Part shown: positions 53,229-62,796 of the stretch, one piece after another
Layout: the number at the start of each line of letters is the position of its first letter
How positions within the stretch are numbered: the first letter of the stretch is position 1
DNA from: Eubacteriales bacterium
GTDB taxonomy: Bacteria > Bacillota > Clostridia > Oscillospirales > CAG-272
NCBI GenBank assembly: GCA_045632285.1
Contig: JAZQWJ010000051.1
Location: 7,955-71,954 of the forward strand
Direction: 5' to 3'
DNA: 64,000 bases
The notes under the pieces: model-generated
The model's input: the letters and a program-made list of their open reading frames with translations, nothing else
Told to the model about the DNA's origin: nothing
Database searches by the model: none
Program-made: the position numbers and the translations under genes

Positions 53229-54584
53229 ATGTCTGAACGCAAGCAGGTTTTGGAATTATTTGAGGAATATAAGGATTTTACCGCAGATCGCGTAAAAAAC
53301 GGCATTGAGCTGTATCGTAAGGGTTATGCTTTTCTTGTCGTAAAGGACGAGAACGGCGCACCCGTGGAGGGTGCCGAGATCACCGTGAAGCAAAAGAGCC
53401 ACGAATTTCGCTTTGGCGCGAACCTCTTTATGCTGGATGAGTTGGAAACGCCCGAAAAGAACGAGGCATACAAAAAGCACTTTTCGGAGCTTTTTAACAT
53501 GGCCACATTGCCGTTTTACTGGGATGCCACCGAGCCCGAGGAGGGCAAGACCCGCTATCACAAGGATGCTTCGCCGATGTACCGTCGTCCGCCCATTGAC
53601 CGTTGCATGGAATTTTGCGAGGCCCACGGCATCGAGCCCCGTGAGCACGGCCTTGCCTATGAAAACTTCTTTCCCAAATGGTTGCACGGCGCACCTACGC
53701 CCAAGGTCAAGCAGGCGTTGAATCGTCGCTACCGCGAGATCGCGGAGCGTTATGCGGATCGCATCAACACCATTGAAGTCACCAACGAAATGTGCTGGGA
53801 TCGGAAAAACGCCCGTACCGCCTTTTATGAGGATCCCGACTACGTTTCCTTCTGCTTCAAGCTGGCAGAACGGTATTTCCCCGCCAATCAGCTGGTGATC
53901 AACGACGTTACAAGGATATGCTGGGAGGATAAATGCCGCCCCAGCGACAGATATTACGGCAATATCCGCAATGCGATCGATGCGGGCGCCCGTATTGATG
54001 CCATTGGCATGCAGTATCACCAGTTCCACAAGCGTGAGCAGGAATACGAAAAGACCCGCGTCAGCTACGACCCCGTCTGGCTCTACCGCCATATGGATCT
54101 CTACGCACAGTTCGGTAAGCCCCTGCAGGTCACCGAGGTCACGATCCCGGCCTATTCGTGGGAGGCAGAGGACGAAGAGATCCAGGCCGACATTTTGGAG
54201 CAGCTCTATCGGATCTGGTTCTCCCACCCCGCCATGGAGCAGATCGTTTACTGGAATCTGGTGGACGGTTACGCCCACGTGTGGGATCCCGACCCCGAAA
54301 AGATCCGCGCCTCGCAGGGCGATATGACACAGGGTGAGAATTATTATCACGGCGGCTTGTTCCGTTTTGATCTGACCCCCAAGCCCGCTTACTTCAGGCT
54401 GAAGCAACTTATCGAGCAGGAGTGGCACACCGAGGCCGAAATCTCCACCAACGGTATGGGAAAAGCGCAATTCAAGGGCTTTTTCGGCAAGTACGAGGTG
54501 AGCGTAACCGTGAACGGAAAGACCGTTACAAAGGAGCTTGATCTTTCAAAACAGGGCAGAGATACATTTGTGCTGACGATATAA
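53229..54584 (+). CDS. GH10-like glycoside hydrolase (distant 1,4-beta-xylanase family member)
   Basis: 451 aa with no signal peptide. The order of segments mirrors GH10 blocks: FRFGAN, FNMATLPFYW, IEVTNEM (acid/base position), VINDV, IDAIGMQYH, QVTEVTI (nucleophile position). Confidence 0.55.
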   Translation: MSERKQVLELFEEYKDFTADRVKNGIELYRKGYAFLVVKDENGAPVEGAEITVKQKSHEFRFGANLFMLDELETPEKNEAYKKHFSELFNMATLPFYWDATEPEEGKTRYHKDASPMYRRPPIDRCMEFCEAHGIEPREHGLAYENFFPKWLHGAPTPKVKQALNRRYREIAERYADRINTIEVTNEMCWDRKNARTAFYEDPDYVSFCFKLAERYFPANQLVINDVTRICWEDKCRPSDRYYGNIRNAIDAGARIDAIGMQYHQFHKREQEYEKTRVSYDPVWLYRHMDLYAQFGKPLQVTEVTIPAYSWEAEDEEIQADILEQLYRIWFSHPAMEQIVYWNLVDGYAHVWDPDPEKIRASQGDMTQGENYYHGGLFRFDLTPKPAYFRLKQLIEQEWHTEAEISTNGMGKAQFKGFFGKYEVSVTVNGKTVTKELDLSKQGRDTFVLTI

Positions 54585-54591
54585 CTAACGC

Positions 54592-54627
54592 AAAAAGAGC
54601 CGACACAGCGTGTCGGCTCTTTTTTTA
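54592..54627. terminator. Bidirectional terminator
   Basis: AGAGCCGACA / TGTCGGCTCT stem flanked by A5 and T7. Confidence 0.85.
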
Positions 54628-55356
54628 TTACTCCAAAATGTTAGAGGTGATCATGTCAACGCCGCAGGCGATGACGCGTTCGGCATCCTCAAGCGTGTCA
54701 ACCGTCCAACAGTTGACCTTGATGCCATTTTCGTGGCACTTATCCACGATCTCCTTGGTCAGCACCTTGTGGTAAACGTCCAGATCAAGATGCTCCTTCA
54801 ACAGCATATCCAGCCAGTTCATAGGGCAGTTTTTGCCGATCAGGAACTGTGCCGATGCGGTGGGATGCTTGCGACGCAGGTAGACCAGATTGTCATAGCA
54901 GAAGGAAATAAAGGTGGTGTGCTCCAGATAGCCAAGGCCCTCGATGATGTCGCAGATCTCGTAGATGTCCTGCTCCTCAAAGGCATTTTTTAGCTCCAAA
55001 ACAGCTTCTTTTTCATAGTACTTGCAAATACCGATGTACTCCGCAAGAGAGGGCAGCACCAGATCGGAGCGATCCTTGACGTGGGTGGCCTTGTTGCGCA
55101 AGGTGAGCTTGCGCAGGGTGTCAAAGGTGGTTTTTTCTACCACCATATCGTCCACAGCCACGCGGCCGGTTGTATCGTCGTGAATGATGATATACTTGCC
55201 GTCAAGGGTCTTGTGTACGTCGGTCTCGATGCCGAAATAAGAGCGATTGCCGGCTGCCACAAAGGCGGCGTTGGTGTTTTCACGCTCCAGACCGCTGCAA
55301 CCGCGGTGGGCAACCATCAGGGGCTTGTTTTCACAGTTAAGCTTGATCGTATTCAT
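54628..55356 (-). CDS. Glycerophosphodiester phosphodiesterase
   Basis: 242 aa. AHRG...ENT and IETDVH motifs of the GDPD family. Confidence 0.85.
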   Translation of the reverse strand: MNTIKLNCENKPLMVAHRGCSGLERENTNAAFVAAGNRSYFGIETDVHKTLDGKYIIIHDDTTGRVAVDDMVVEKTTFDTLRKLTLRNKATHVKDRSDLVLPSLAEYIGICKYYEKEAVLELKNAFEEQDIYEICDIIEGLGYLEHTTFISFCYDNLVYLRRKHPTASAQFLIGKNCPMNWLDMLLKEHLDLDVYHKVLTKEIVDKCHENGIKVNCWTVDTLEDAERVIACGVDMITSNILE

Positions 55357-55390
55357 AGCAAAACCTCCGTTTTCTATACCCGTTCAGGGG

Positions 55391-57046
55391 TTATTTCTTG
55401 GGGAAGCTGTCCTTCAGGCCCACCACGCGGTTAAAGGTGTTCTCGTATTTCGAGTCCTTGCAGTAGTAGCCGTCACGTACAAACTGGAACTTGTCGCCAA
55501 CCTTGGCCTCGCAAAGTGCGGGCTCGATCTTGGCGTGCTCGACCTTGATCAGCGAATCGGGGTTGAGATAGTCGTTATAGGTCTTGCCCTCGGGCAGATC
55601 GCCGGGGTTTTCGATGGTCAGCAGATTGTCGTACAGCATCAGGGTGGTGTCCTTGGCATACTTAGCGGAGAGCCAATGCACCGTACCCTTGACCTTGCGG
55701 CCGTCAACGGGCATATTGTTGCGGGTCTCCAGATCTGCGGTGCAGAGGATGCGCTCGATATTGCCCTCGGCGTCCTTTACGATCTCGTTGCAGCGCACGA
55801 TATAGGCGCCCATCAGTCGCACCTCGCCATCGGGCTTGAGGCGGAAGAACTTGGGGGGCGGAACCTCGGCAAAGTCGTCGGCATCGATATAGATCTCGCG
55901 GGTAAAGGGCATGGCGCGGGTGCCCATTTCGGGCTTTTGGGGATGGTTGGGCAGGTCAAAGTACTCCTCGCGGCCCTCCTCGTAGTTGGTGATCTCAAGC
56001 AGAACGGGGTTCTTGATGGCAATGCGACGGGGAGCGGTCTCGCCCAGCTCGTCACGAATGCAGTGCTCCAGCATACCGATGTCAACCAGGCTGTCGTTCT
56101 TGGCAACACCGCACTCACGCACGAAGCGGAAGATGGACTCGGGGGTGTAGCCTCTGCGGCGCAGAGCGCAGATGGTGGGCAGACGGGGGTCGTCCCAGCC
56201 GTCTACGGTGCCACCCTCTACCAGAGAGCGCAGGTAGCGCTTGGACATCACGGTGTTGGTAATGTTCAGACGTGCAAACTCACGCTGCTTGGGCTTTTTT
56301 TCAAAGCCGATGTTATCCACCACCCACTCGTACAGGGGGCGATGGTTTTCAAACTCCAGCGAGCAAAGCGAGTGGGTGATGCCCTCCAGCGCATCCTGAA
56401 TGGGGTGCGCATAGTCGTAAAGGGGATAGATGCACCACTTGTCGCCCTGACGGTGATGATGAGCGCGCACGATGCGGTAGATGGCGGGGTCGCGCATATT
56501 GATGTTGGGGGATGCCATATCGATCTTGGCGCGCAGGGTCTTAGAGCCGTCGGGGAACTCGCCGTTTTTCATACGGGTAAACAGGTCAAGATTCTCCTCG
56601 ACCGAGCGGTTGCGATAAGGGCTTTCGGTGCCCTTTTCGGTCAGCGTTCCACGGGTAGCGCGCAGCTCCTCGGCGGAAAGATCGCACACGTAGGCCTTGC
56701 CTTCCTTGATCAGCTGCACGGCAAATTCATAGCACTTGTCAAAGTAGTCAGAGCCGTAGAATACGCCGCCCGTGGGGGTAGCGCCCAGCCAGCAAAGATC
56801 CTCGTAGATCGAATCTACGTACTCGGTGTCCTCTTTTGCGGGGTTGGTGTCGTCATAACGCAGATTGAACAGGCCGCCGTACTTGCGTGCGGTCTCTACG
56901 TTGATGGTGATGGCCTTGGCCGAGCCGATGTGCAGATAGCCGTTGGGCTCGGGCGGGAAACGGGTATGGATCTTCAGATTGGGGTCGTTGCGCAGATCCT
57001 CGTCAATGATGTCGTGTATAAAATTACTTGCGATGATTTCTTCCAT
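55391..57046 (-). CDS. glnS: Glutamine--tRNA ligase
   Basis: Start MEEIIASNF with a GGAGAT RBS. TRFPPEPNGYLHIGSAKA (HIGH) and VMSKR (KMSKS). Confidence 0.9.
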   Translation of the reverse strand: MEEIIASNFIHDIIDEDLRNDPNLKIHTRFPPEPNGYLHIGSAKAITINVETARKYGGLFNLRYDDTNPAKEDTEYVDSIYEDLCWLGATPTGGVFYGSDYFDKCYEFAVQLIKEGKAYVCDLSAEELRATRGTLTEKGTESPYRNRSVEENLDLFTRMKNGEFPDGSKTLRAKIDMASPNINMRDPAIYRIVRAHHHRQGDKWCIYPLYDYAHPIQDALEGITHSLCSLEFENHRPLYEWVVDNIGFEKKPKQREFARLNITNTVMSKRYLRSLVEGGTVDGWDDPRLPTICALRRRGYTPESIFRFVRECGVAKNDSLVDIGMLEHCIRDELGETAPRRIAIKNPVLLEITNYEEGREEYFDLPNHPQKPEMGTRAMPFTREIYIDADDFAEVPPPKFFRLKPDGEVRLMGAYIVRCNEIVKDAEGNIERILCTADLETRNNMPVDGRKVKGTVHWLSAKYAKDTTLMLYDNLLTIENPGDLPEGKTYNDYLNPDSLIKVEHAKIEPALCEAKVGDKFQFVRDGYYCKDSKYENTFNRVVGLKDSFPKK

Positions 57047-57060
57047 CTTTTTATCTCCAA

Positions 57061-58710
57061 TCAAAGGGAATTCAGCATTGCGTCAATGCGGGCAAGCACG
57101 CGCTCGGCGCCCAGCACCTGCATGGCGGCGTACATATCGGGGGAGTTGAGCTTGCCCGTGACGGCCACGCGCAAGAACATACTGACGTCGGCCAGGCTGC
57201 CGCCGAATGCGGCGGGATTTTCTTTGTATGCCTTCATATCCGAGGCATAGCCGATAGATTCGGCCACGGCCTTGATCTTGTCAAACCAAGCGGTGCTGTC
57301 GTCGGCAATAGCAAAGGTCGCCTTAAAGCCCTCAAGAGCAGCCTTGATATCCTTTTTGTCAAAGTTTTCGGGGTACGTATCGGCAATTTTGAACCAATCG
57401 TCATAGAAAAAGTCAAGATAAGGCTTAACGTCGGTCCAAACTGCAAAATCCTTGCGGGGCTTTTTGCCACCGCGTCCAATGGCCAAAATGGACTTGGCAT
57501 AATCGGGGTCGGCGGTAAGGTGATCGTACAGATCGGTGTCAAAATCCTTGGCAAAGGAGGTGACCTCGTCATACACGCGCTGGGCGTCCATGCGGGAGAT
57601 CACGTTCTTCGAAACGTCACGCAGCTTGGCCTCGTCAAAAAGCGAGCCTGCGGGGTTCATCTTTTTGTGCGAGAACTTAAAGCTGTCTACGTCGGCGTCG
57701 GGATTGGCACGGCGCCAGTCCTCAAAGTTAGAGTTCAGCACGGTCATCAGATACTCATAGACCGACTGTACGGGAAAGCCTGCGGCACGGTAGTAGGTCA
57801 GTGCCAGCTCGGGATCCTTGCGCTTGGAAAGCTTGCGCTTGGAGTCGCCGTCCATCTTCATCAGCGGGCCGATGTGCAGATATTTGGGAGCCTTAAAGCC
57901 AAGCGAGCGGAACAGCTGCAGGTGGAAGGGGAGCGTGGGCAGCCACTCGTCGCCGCGCACCACGTGGGTGGTACGCATCAGGTGATCGTCTACCGCGTGG
58001 GCAAAGTGATAGGTGGGGATGCCGTCGGATTTCAGCAGCACGTGGTCGATATCGTTCTCGGTCAGCTCCAGATTGCCCTTGATCAGGTCGGTGAACTTGA
58101 TCTTGTTTTCGATCGAGCCGGTGGAGCGGAAGCGCAGCACGTAGGGCGTGCCCTTTGCAAGCTCTGCCTTGATCTCCTCGATATTGCGGTCGCGCCAGAT
58201 CGCCCACTTGCCAAAATAACCGAAGTTGGCCTTTTCAGCCTCTTGGCGGGCGTGGATATCGGCCAGCTCCTCCTCGGTGCAAAAGCAAGGATAAGCCTCG
58301 CCCTGCAGCACCAGCTGCTTGGCGTACACGTGATAGATCTCCACGCGCTGGCGCTGGCGATAGGGGCCGTAATCGCCGGCATCGCCGTCAATGGTGGCAC
58401 CCTCGTCAAAGTTGATATTATAGTGCTTCAGGCCCTCGATCAGGGTCTGCACCGCGCCGGGCACCTCGCGCTTGGCGTCGGTATCCTCCACGCGCAAAAA
58501 CAGCAGACCGCCCGATTGATGGCACATACGCTCGGAGGTCAGGCCCTGCACCAGATTGCCCAAGTGGACAAAGCCTGTGGGGCTGGGGGCCATACGGGAG
58601 ACCACGGCGCCCTCGGGCATATTGCGCACGGGGAAGCGTGCCTCCATATCGGCGGGGGTCAAGGTCACGTGGGGAAAGAGAAGCTCGGCAAGTACGTTCG
58701 TGTCGATCAT
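57061..58710 (-). CDS. gltX: Glutamate--tRNA ligase (long form)
   Basis: SRMAPSPTGFVHLGNL (HIGH-type) and KLSKRK (KMSKS-type). 549 aa. Confidence 0.85.
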   Translation of the reverse strand: MIDTNVLAELLFPHVTLTPADMEARFPVRNMPEGAVVSRMAPSPTGFVHLGNLVQGLTSERMCHQSGGLLFLRVEDTDAKREVPGAVQTLIEGLKHYNINFDEGATIDGDAGDYGPYRQRQRVEIYHVYAKQLVLQGEAYPCFCTEEELADIHARQEAEKANFGYFGKWAIWRDRNIEEIKAELAKGTPYVLRFRSTGSIENKIKFTDLIKGNLELTENDIDHVLLKSDGIPTYHFAHAVDDHLMRTTHVVRGDEWLPTLPFHLQLFRSLGFKAPKYLHIGPLMKMDGDSKRKLSKRKDPELALTYYRAAGFPVQSVYEYLMTVLNSNFEDWRRANPDADVDSFKFSHKKMNPAGSLFDEAKLRDVSKNVISRMDAQRVYDEVTSFAKDFDTDLYDHLTADPDYAKSILAIGRGGKKPRKDFAVWTDVKPYLDFFYDDWFKIADTYPENFDKKDIKAALEGFKATFAIADDSTAWFDKIKAVAESIGYASDMKAYKENPAAFGGSLADVSMFLRVAVTGKLNSPDMYAAMQVLGAERVLARIDAMLNSL

Positions 58711-58722
58711 AATTTTAACCTC

Positions 58723-59328
58723 TTAAAAAAGTAATTTCAATGCGTTTTCAAGCGTGGTGGGATCCCCGTGTCCGGGGTGGATGCAAAGCCCGCCGTCAAG
58801 GGCGGAGAGGGCCTGCAGAGAGCGGCGGAGCGCAGCGGGGCTTCCGCCGTACAGGTCGGTGCGGCCAACGTTTCCGTCAAACAGCGTATCACCCGTAAAC
58901 AGGTGCCTGTCAGTGCAAAGCACTGCAGAGCCGGGGCTGTGTCCCGGGGTGTGCATCACGCGCAGCGTAATGGCGCCAAGGGTCAGCACGTCGCCATCGC
59001 GAAAGGTCTGCTCGGCAGGCATCCAAACGCGGTCATAGCCAAAAAACAGGGTGTGGGCATTTTTGTGCCCGTCGGTCAGCAGCTCGGCGTCGTTCTCGTG
59101 GATATAAAGCGGCACGTCCAGCGCGCGGCGCAGGGCGTCTGCCGTCAGCAGATGATCGAAATGGCCGTGGGTGCAAACAATGGCGCGCAGGCCTGCACCA
59201 CGGTCGATCAGTGCCTCTCGCACGGTCTCTACCGGGGCAGAGCAATCGATCAGCACGGCATCGGCTCCCTCGGTCACAAGATAGCAGCAGGAGGAAAAGC
59301 CGCCGGGATAAAGGTTGGTGATCTCCAT
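58723..59328 (-). CDS. MBL-fold hydrolase (glyoxalase II-like)
   Basis: 201 aa from MEITNLYPGG. CTHGHFDH motif and HTPGHSPGS. AAGGAGGG RBS. Confidence 0.8.
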   Translation of the reverse strand: MEITNLYPGGFSSCCYLVTEGADAVLIDCSAPVETVREALIDRGAGLRAIVCTHGHFDHLLTADALRRALDVPLYIHENDAELLTDGHKNAHTLFFGYDRVWMPAEQTFRDGDVLTLGAITLRVMHTPGHSPGSAVLCTDRHLFTGDTLFDGNVGRTDLYGGSPAALRRSLQALSALDGGLCIHPGHGDPTTLENALKLLF

Positions 59329-59357
59329 TTTAGCCCTCCTTTTGCACATACATAAAC

Positions 59358-59386
59358 AGTATACCACATTTTATCGAAATTGTCTA
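59358..59386 (-). promoter_or_regulatory. Sigma-A promoter with extended -10 for the MBL-gltX-glnS string
   Basis: On the minus strand: TAGACA, 17 nt, TGG-TATACT. Confidence 0.6.
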
Positions 59387-59404
59387 CCTTTTTATATAAT
59401 AAAA

Positions 59405-59446
59405 TCGCAAAAAAACACCCCGTTGTCCGCAGACAACGGGGTGTTT
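59405..59446 (-). terminator. Terminator of the SBP gene
   Basis: ACACCCCGTTGTC / GACAACGGGGTGT stem followed by a T-run on the minus strand. Confidence 0.85.
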
Positions 59447-59455
59447 TGGAGAGGA

Positions 59456-61351
59456 TCACTCCTCAGATTCTTCTTTTTCCTTTTCGGCTTCGCCAACCGT
59501 AATGCCGGCGGCAACCACAAAGCCCTCGTCCTGGGCGATCTGCCAGTAGTTATCCAGCTCGGCCTCTGCCATCAGGGGCATGCCAAAGAAGGTGTGGGAA
59601 ATGCCGTCCAGCATATCGCCCTGCAGTACGGCGTTCTGGTTAAAGACCACGGGGATCACGGGCATATCGTACATCAGCACCTGCTCGGCCTCGTGGAGCA
59701 GCACGTAGCGTGCGTCCTCGTCCTCGGCGTTAAAGGCGTCCTCGATCTTTTGGTTGTAGGTCTCGCAGTTATAGCCGGTCACGTGGGGGGTGTAAACGCT
59801 TGCACCGTTCAGGTTCAATGCGTTGCCGGAGAACTTTTCTGCATAAGGAGCCAGGAAAGAGAATGCGCTGGTTCCGCAAGCGACCTGATCTACAGCGATC
59901 ACCTCTACCACTTGGGTCTTGTTGCTGTCATCGGTATAAACAAGATCCTCTACGGCATCCTGATACTTGCTGTCAAAAATGCCGCTGGCCGTTTCCTCGC
60001 CCTTGGCGTCCTTGATCATGCGCTCGGTGGCGCCAAGCTCGGTCACGGTAACGTTAAAGCCAAGGGTGACCCAAACGCTTTGTACCATAGAAGCCATCTT
60101 AACGTGCTCCTCGTTGTCTGCGTTCACGCAGATGGAGAAGGAGAACTTAGCGGGCTCGATGCCGGCCTCGGAGAGCAGGCGCTGTGCCTCGGCTACGTTT
60201 GCGGTGGAGGCAATGTAAGAGCCGCCGATCTCACGGAACAGCTCGCTGTCATCGGCACGATTGAACTGGGTGTAGGGAACCAGACCGTTGGCGGGGCGTG
60301 CATAGACCAGCTCGTTTACGATGTCGTCACGGCTGATGGCAAGGGAAAGCGCCTGGCGCACCTCGCGGATGGCAAACAGGTTCTGGCCGCCGATCACGGC
60401 GTTTTGGTTGAGATAATAAACGTGGGTAGAGGGTGCGTCGGTCACAGTGGCCTCGGAAAGCAGACCGCTGAAGGCACCGTCCTTGCGGGCGGCAAGGGGA
60501 ATGTGGCCAAAGTAGTAAACGCCGCCGATGTTGCCGGAGTTAAAGTTGTTCAGCTGCTCTACGGGGTCGGTGGTGTAGTCTACCAAAATGCGGTGGGGGA
60601 GAACGGATTCGTCAATGGCATCGTTGTCGCGGTCACGGTAGTAGTACTCGTTACGCTCCAGCACAAAGCCATCCTTTTCGCTGTAGTTGTTAAAGCGTAC
60701 GCGGAAGGGGCCGCTGCACACAAGGTTGGTGGTCTTTTGGCTCCAAGAATCGGCGTAGGTCGCGATCACGTCCTTGCGGATGGGGAACAGAGCGGGGCTG
60801 CACAGCACGGGCAGGAACTCGTCAACGTCAACGGGACCCTCAAAGCGGATCTCAACGGTCTTGGTGTCCTTAACGGAAACGCCCAAAAAGTCGGGGCTGC
60901 AATCGCCGCTGACAATGGCACGTGCGTTTTTGATGTCGTACAGCAGGCTGACGGCGGGGTGAGAGGTGTTGGGGGCGATCAGTCGGCTGAAGGCGTACTC
61001 TACGTGAGAGGCGGTCAGCGCAACACCGTCGGACCAAGTGGTCTCTCTCAGCTCAAGGGTCAGAACGTACTCGTTCTCCTCCTCGATCTCCTCATAGTCA
61101 TAGTCGTCTACCAGGGCACCCTGAACGTCGCCATCCTCGTCGGCGTAGAACAGGGGCTCGTAAAGCAGGCTCATCAGCTGAAGCGCAGCCTCGTTGGTGT
61201 GAGCCTTCAGGGGGTCAAAGTCATACACGGGCTCGGTGAGATACATCCGGATGAATGCGCCCTCATCGTTAATGTCCTTGTCGGCACAGGATACCATGCA
61301 CATCAGTACGGTTACCAGGCAGAGAACAAGAGCAATCACTCGTTTCATCAT
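59456..61351 (-). CDS. ABC transporter substrate-binding lipoprotein, family 5 (OppA/DppA-like), orphan
   Basis: Lipobox MCMVSC after MMKRVIALVLCLVTVL. Size and segment pattern fit peptide/nickel SBPs. Acidic tail EAEKEKEESEE. No permease or ATPase genes adjacent. Confidence 0.75.
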   Translation of the reverse strand: MMKRVIALVLCLVTVLMCMVSCADKDINDEGAFIRMYLTEPVYDFDPLKAHTNEAALQLMSLLYEPLFYADEDGDVQGALVDDYDYEEIEEENEYVLTLELRETTWSDGVALTASHVEYAFSRLIAPNTSHPAVSLLYDIKNARAIVSGDCSPDFLGVSVKDTKTVEIRFEGPVDVDEFLPVLCSPALFPIRKDVIATYADSWSQKTTNLVCSGPFRVRFNNYSEKDGFVLERNEYYYRDRDNDAIDESVLPHRILVDYTTDPVEQLNNFNSGNIGGVYYFGHIPLAARKDGAFSGLLSEATVTDAPSTHVYYLNQNAVIGGQNLFAIREVRQALSLAISRDDIVNELVYARPANGLVPYTQFNRADDSELFREIGGSYIASTANVAEAQRLLSEAGIEPAKFSFSICVNADNEEHVKMASMVQSVWVTLGFNVTVTELGATERMIKDAKGEETASGIFDSKYQDAVEDLVYTDDSNKTQVVEVIAVDQVACGTSAFSFLAPYAEKFSGNALNLNGASVYTPHVTGYNCETYNQKIEDAFNAEDEDARYVLLHEAEQVLMYDMPVIPVVFNQNAVLQGDMLDGISHTFFGMPLMAEAELDNYWQIAQDEGFVVAAGITVGEAEKEKEESEE

Positions 61352-61517
61352 TTCGGTCATCCTCCTTAATAAGGCCTGAAATGCAGCCTTGCATTCCACG
61401 CCATTTTAACATTCCATATTATAGCACAACTTGCGCTTAAATTCAAGCATTGTCAAAGACAAAACGCAAAGGTTTGGACGTTTGCACAATGTTTTAAAAT
61501 AAAACTATGCAATTTAC

Positions 61518-61546
61518 ACATAGATTTTGTTAAAAAAGACATACTA
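61518..61546 (+). promoter_or_regulatory. Candidate forespore (sigma-G/F-type) promoter of gpr
   Basis: ACATA, 17 nt, CATACTA. The -10 matches the CATnnTA pattern I recall for sigma-G; the -35 is only a partial match. Confidence 0.3.
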
Positions 61547-61578
61547 TAAAGAATAAAAGAGAAAGGGGAGAGAGAAAG

Positions 61579-62430
61579 GTGCTTTCAAACAGCGATCTTG
61601 CCGCAGAGTGCGACGTTGAGCACACACAAGCGGGCGTCCGCGTGATCAAGGGAGAGGGGAACGGCTGTCCCATCCTGCGCGTGCAGATCAAAAGCCAAGA
61701 GGCGGCCGCACGGCTGGGCAAGCCGATGGGGCAATACGTCAGTGTGGAGTTTGACAGCGTTTGGCTGATGGGCGAGCAAGAGCGGGCGCGGGTCAGCCGC
61801 GCCGTGGGGGTGGAGCTACGCTCCATGGCAGAGAAAATGTGCGGCGAAAGGGCTAAAAGCGGGCTTTCGGTGCTGGTGGTGGGGCTTGGAAACCGCGAGA
61901 TCACGGCAGATGCCGTGGGCCCGCAAACGGTGCGGGCACTGACGGTCAGCAGGCCGCGAGAGGGGAAAGGGAGCCTGACCGCCTTTTTGCCGGGGGTCCC
62001 GGCAGAAACGGGTCTGCAGACCGTAGAGGTCGTGCGGGGGCTGGCGCGGGAGCTGATGCCGGATCTGATCTTGGCGGTGGATGCGCTTGCGGCACGTGCG
62101 CCGGACAAGCTTGGCGCAACGGTGCAGCTGGCGGATAGCGGCGTGCAGCCCGGCTCCGGCTTGGGGCGGCGCAGCTGCACCTTAAGTCTTGAAACGGTGG
62201 GCGTGCCCGTGTTGGCTGTGGGAATGCCCACTGTGGTGCGTACCGATGCGCTGATCCGCGCGGCGCTTTGCCGCGCGGGGGTGCCGGAGCTTGCCGATGC
62301 GGTGGCAGAGCAGTGCTTGGGGCGTGTTGGCTATGTTGTTTCACCTGCGGAGATCGATCTTGCAGTGCTGTTTGGCGGAGAGCTGCTGGCGCGGGCCATC
62401 GAGCGCGCATTTTTGGCAATTACCCCATAA
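61579..62430 (+). CDS. gpr: GPR endopeptidase (spore germination protease)
   Basis: VLVVGLGNREITADAVGP and ILAVDALAAR motifs typical of GPR. GTG start after a GGGGAGAG RBS. Confidence 0.75.
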   Translation: MLSNSDLAAECDVEHTQAGVRVIKGEGNGCPILRVQIKSQEAAARLGKPMGQYVSVEFDSVWLMGEQERARVSRAVGVELRSMAEKMCGERAKSGLSVLVVGLGNREITADAVGPQTVRALTVSRPREGKGSLTAFLPGVPAETGLQTVEVVRGLARELMPDLILAVDALAARAPDKLGATVQLADSGVQPGSGLGRRSCTLSLETVGVPVLAVGMPTVVRTDALIRAALCRAGVPELADAVAEQCLGRVGYVVSPAEIDLAVLFGGELLARAIERAFLAITP

Positions 62431-62448
62431 ACGGTGTAAGAAAACAAA

Positions 62449-62478
62449 GAAAAAAGCCACCTGAAAGGGTGGCTTAAA
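62449..62478. terminator. Terminator hairpin between gpr and the RHH gene
   Basis: AAGCCACC / GGTGGCTT stem. T-rich tail on the minus strand, weaker tail on the plus strand. Confidence 0.6.
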
Positions 62479-62479
62479 T

Positions 62480-62653
62480 TTATTTTTTGATTTGGTCTAC
62501 GCAGAGATTGTTTAGGGCGTATTCGCAACACTGAACGATCAAATTGTTCAACGAGACCTGCTTTTCTTGTGCCAATACCTCTAATTTTTGAACAAGCTCA
62601 ACGGGCATTCTAAATGTTTTATTGATGTGTTCCGGCTTTTTGACTTCAAACAT
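62480..62653 (-). CDS. Ribbon-helix-helix (Arc/CopG-like) small DNA-binding protein; not in the ORF track (57 aa)
   Basis: My translation: MFEVKKPEHINKTFRMPVELVQKLEVLAQEKQVSLNNLIVQCCEYALNNLCVDQIKK. The pattern basic beta-strand (KTFRMP), then helix, then SLNNLI helix is RHH-like. AAGGAG RBS 10 nt upstream. AT-rich. Confidence 0.6.
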   Translation of the reverse strand: MFEVKKPEHINKTFRMPVELVQKLEVLAQEKQVSLNNLIVQCCEYALNNLCVDQIKK

Positions 62654-62796
62654 AGTGCATCAACTCCTTACAATCATATTTTACTTTATTTCTGCAAGGA
62701 TTTATATACGCTATTTTAGCACTTATAATTACAAGTGCAAATTGCGCTTGACAAATTCGAAAAGCGTGGTAAAATAAAGTTGAAACAGAAAGGAGC

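Noticed and set aside
58711-59455. A T-box leader upstream of gltX or glnS.
   Set aside because: gltX starts 12 nt after the MBL gene and glnS 14 nt after gltX. The only leader (59329-59357) is about 30 nt, too short for a T-box.
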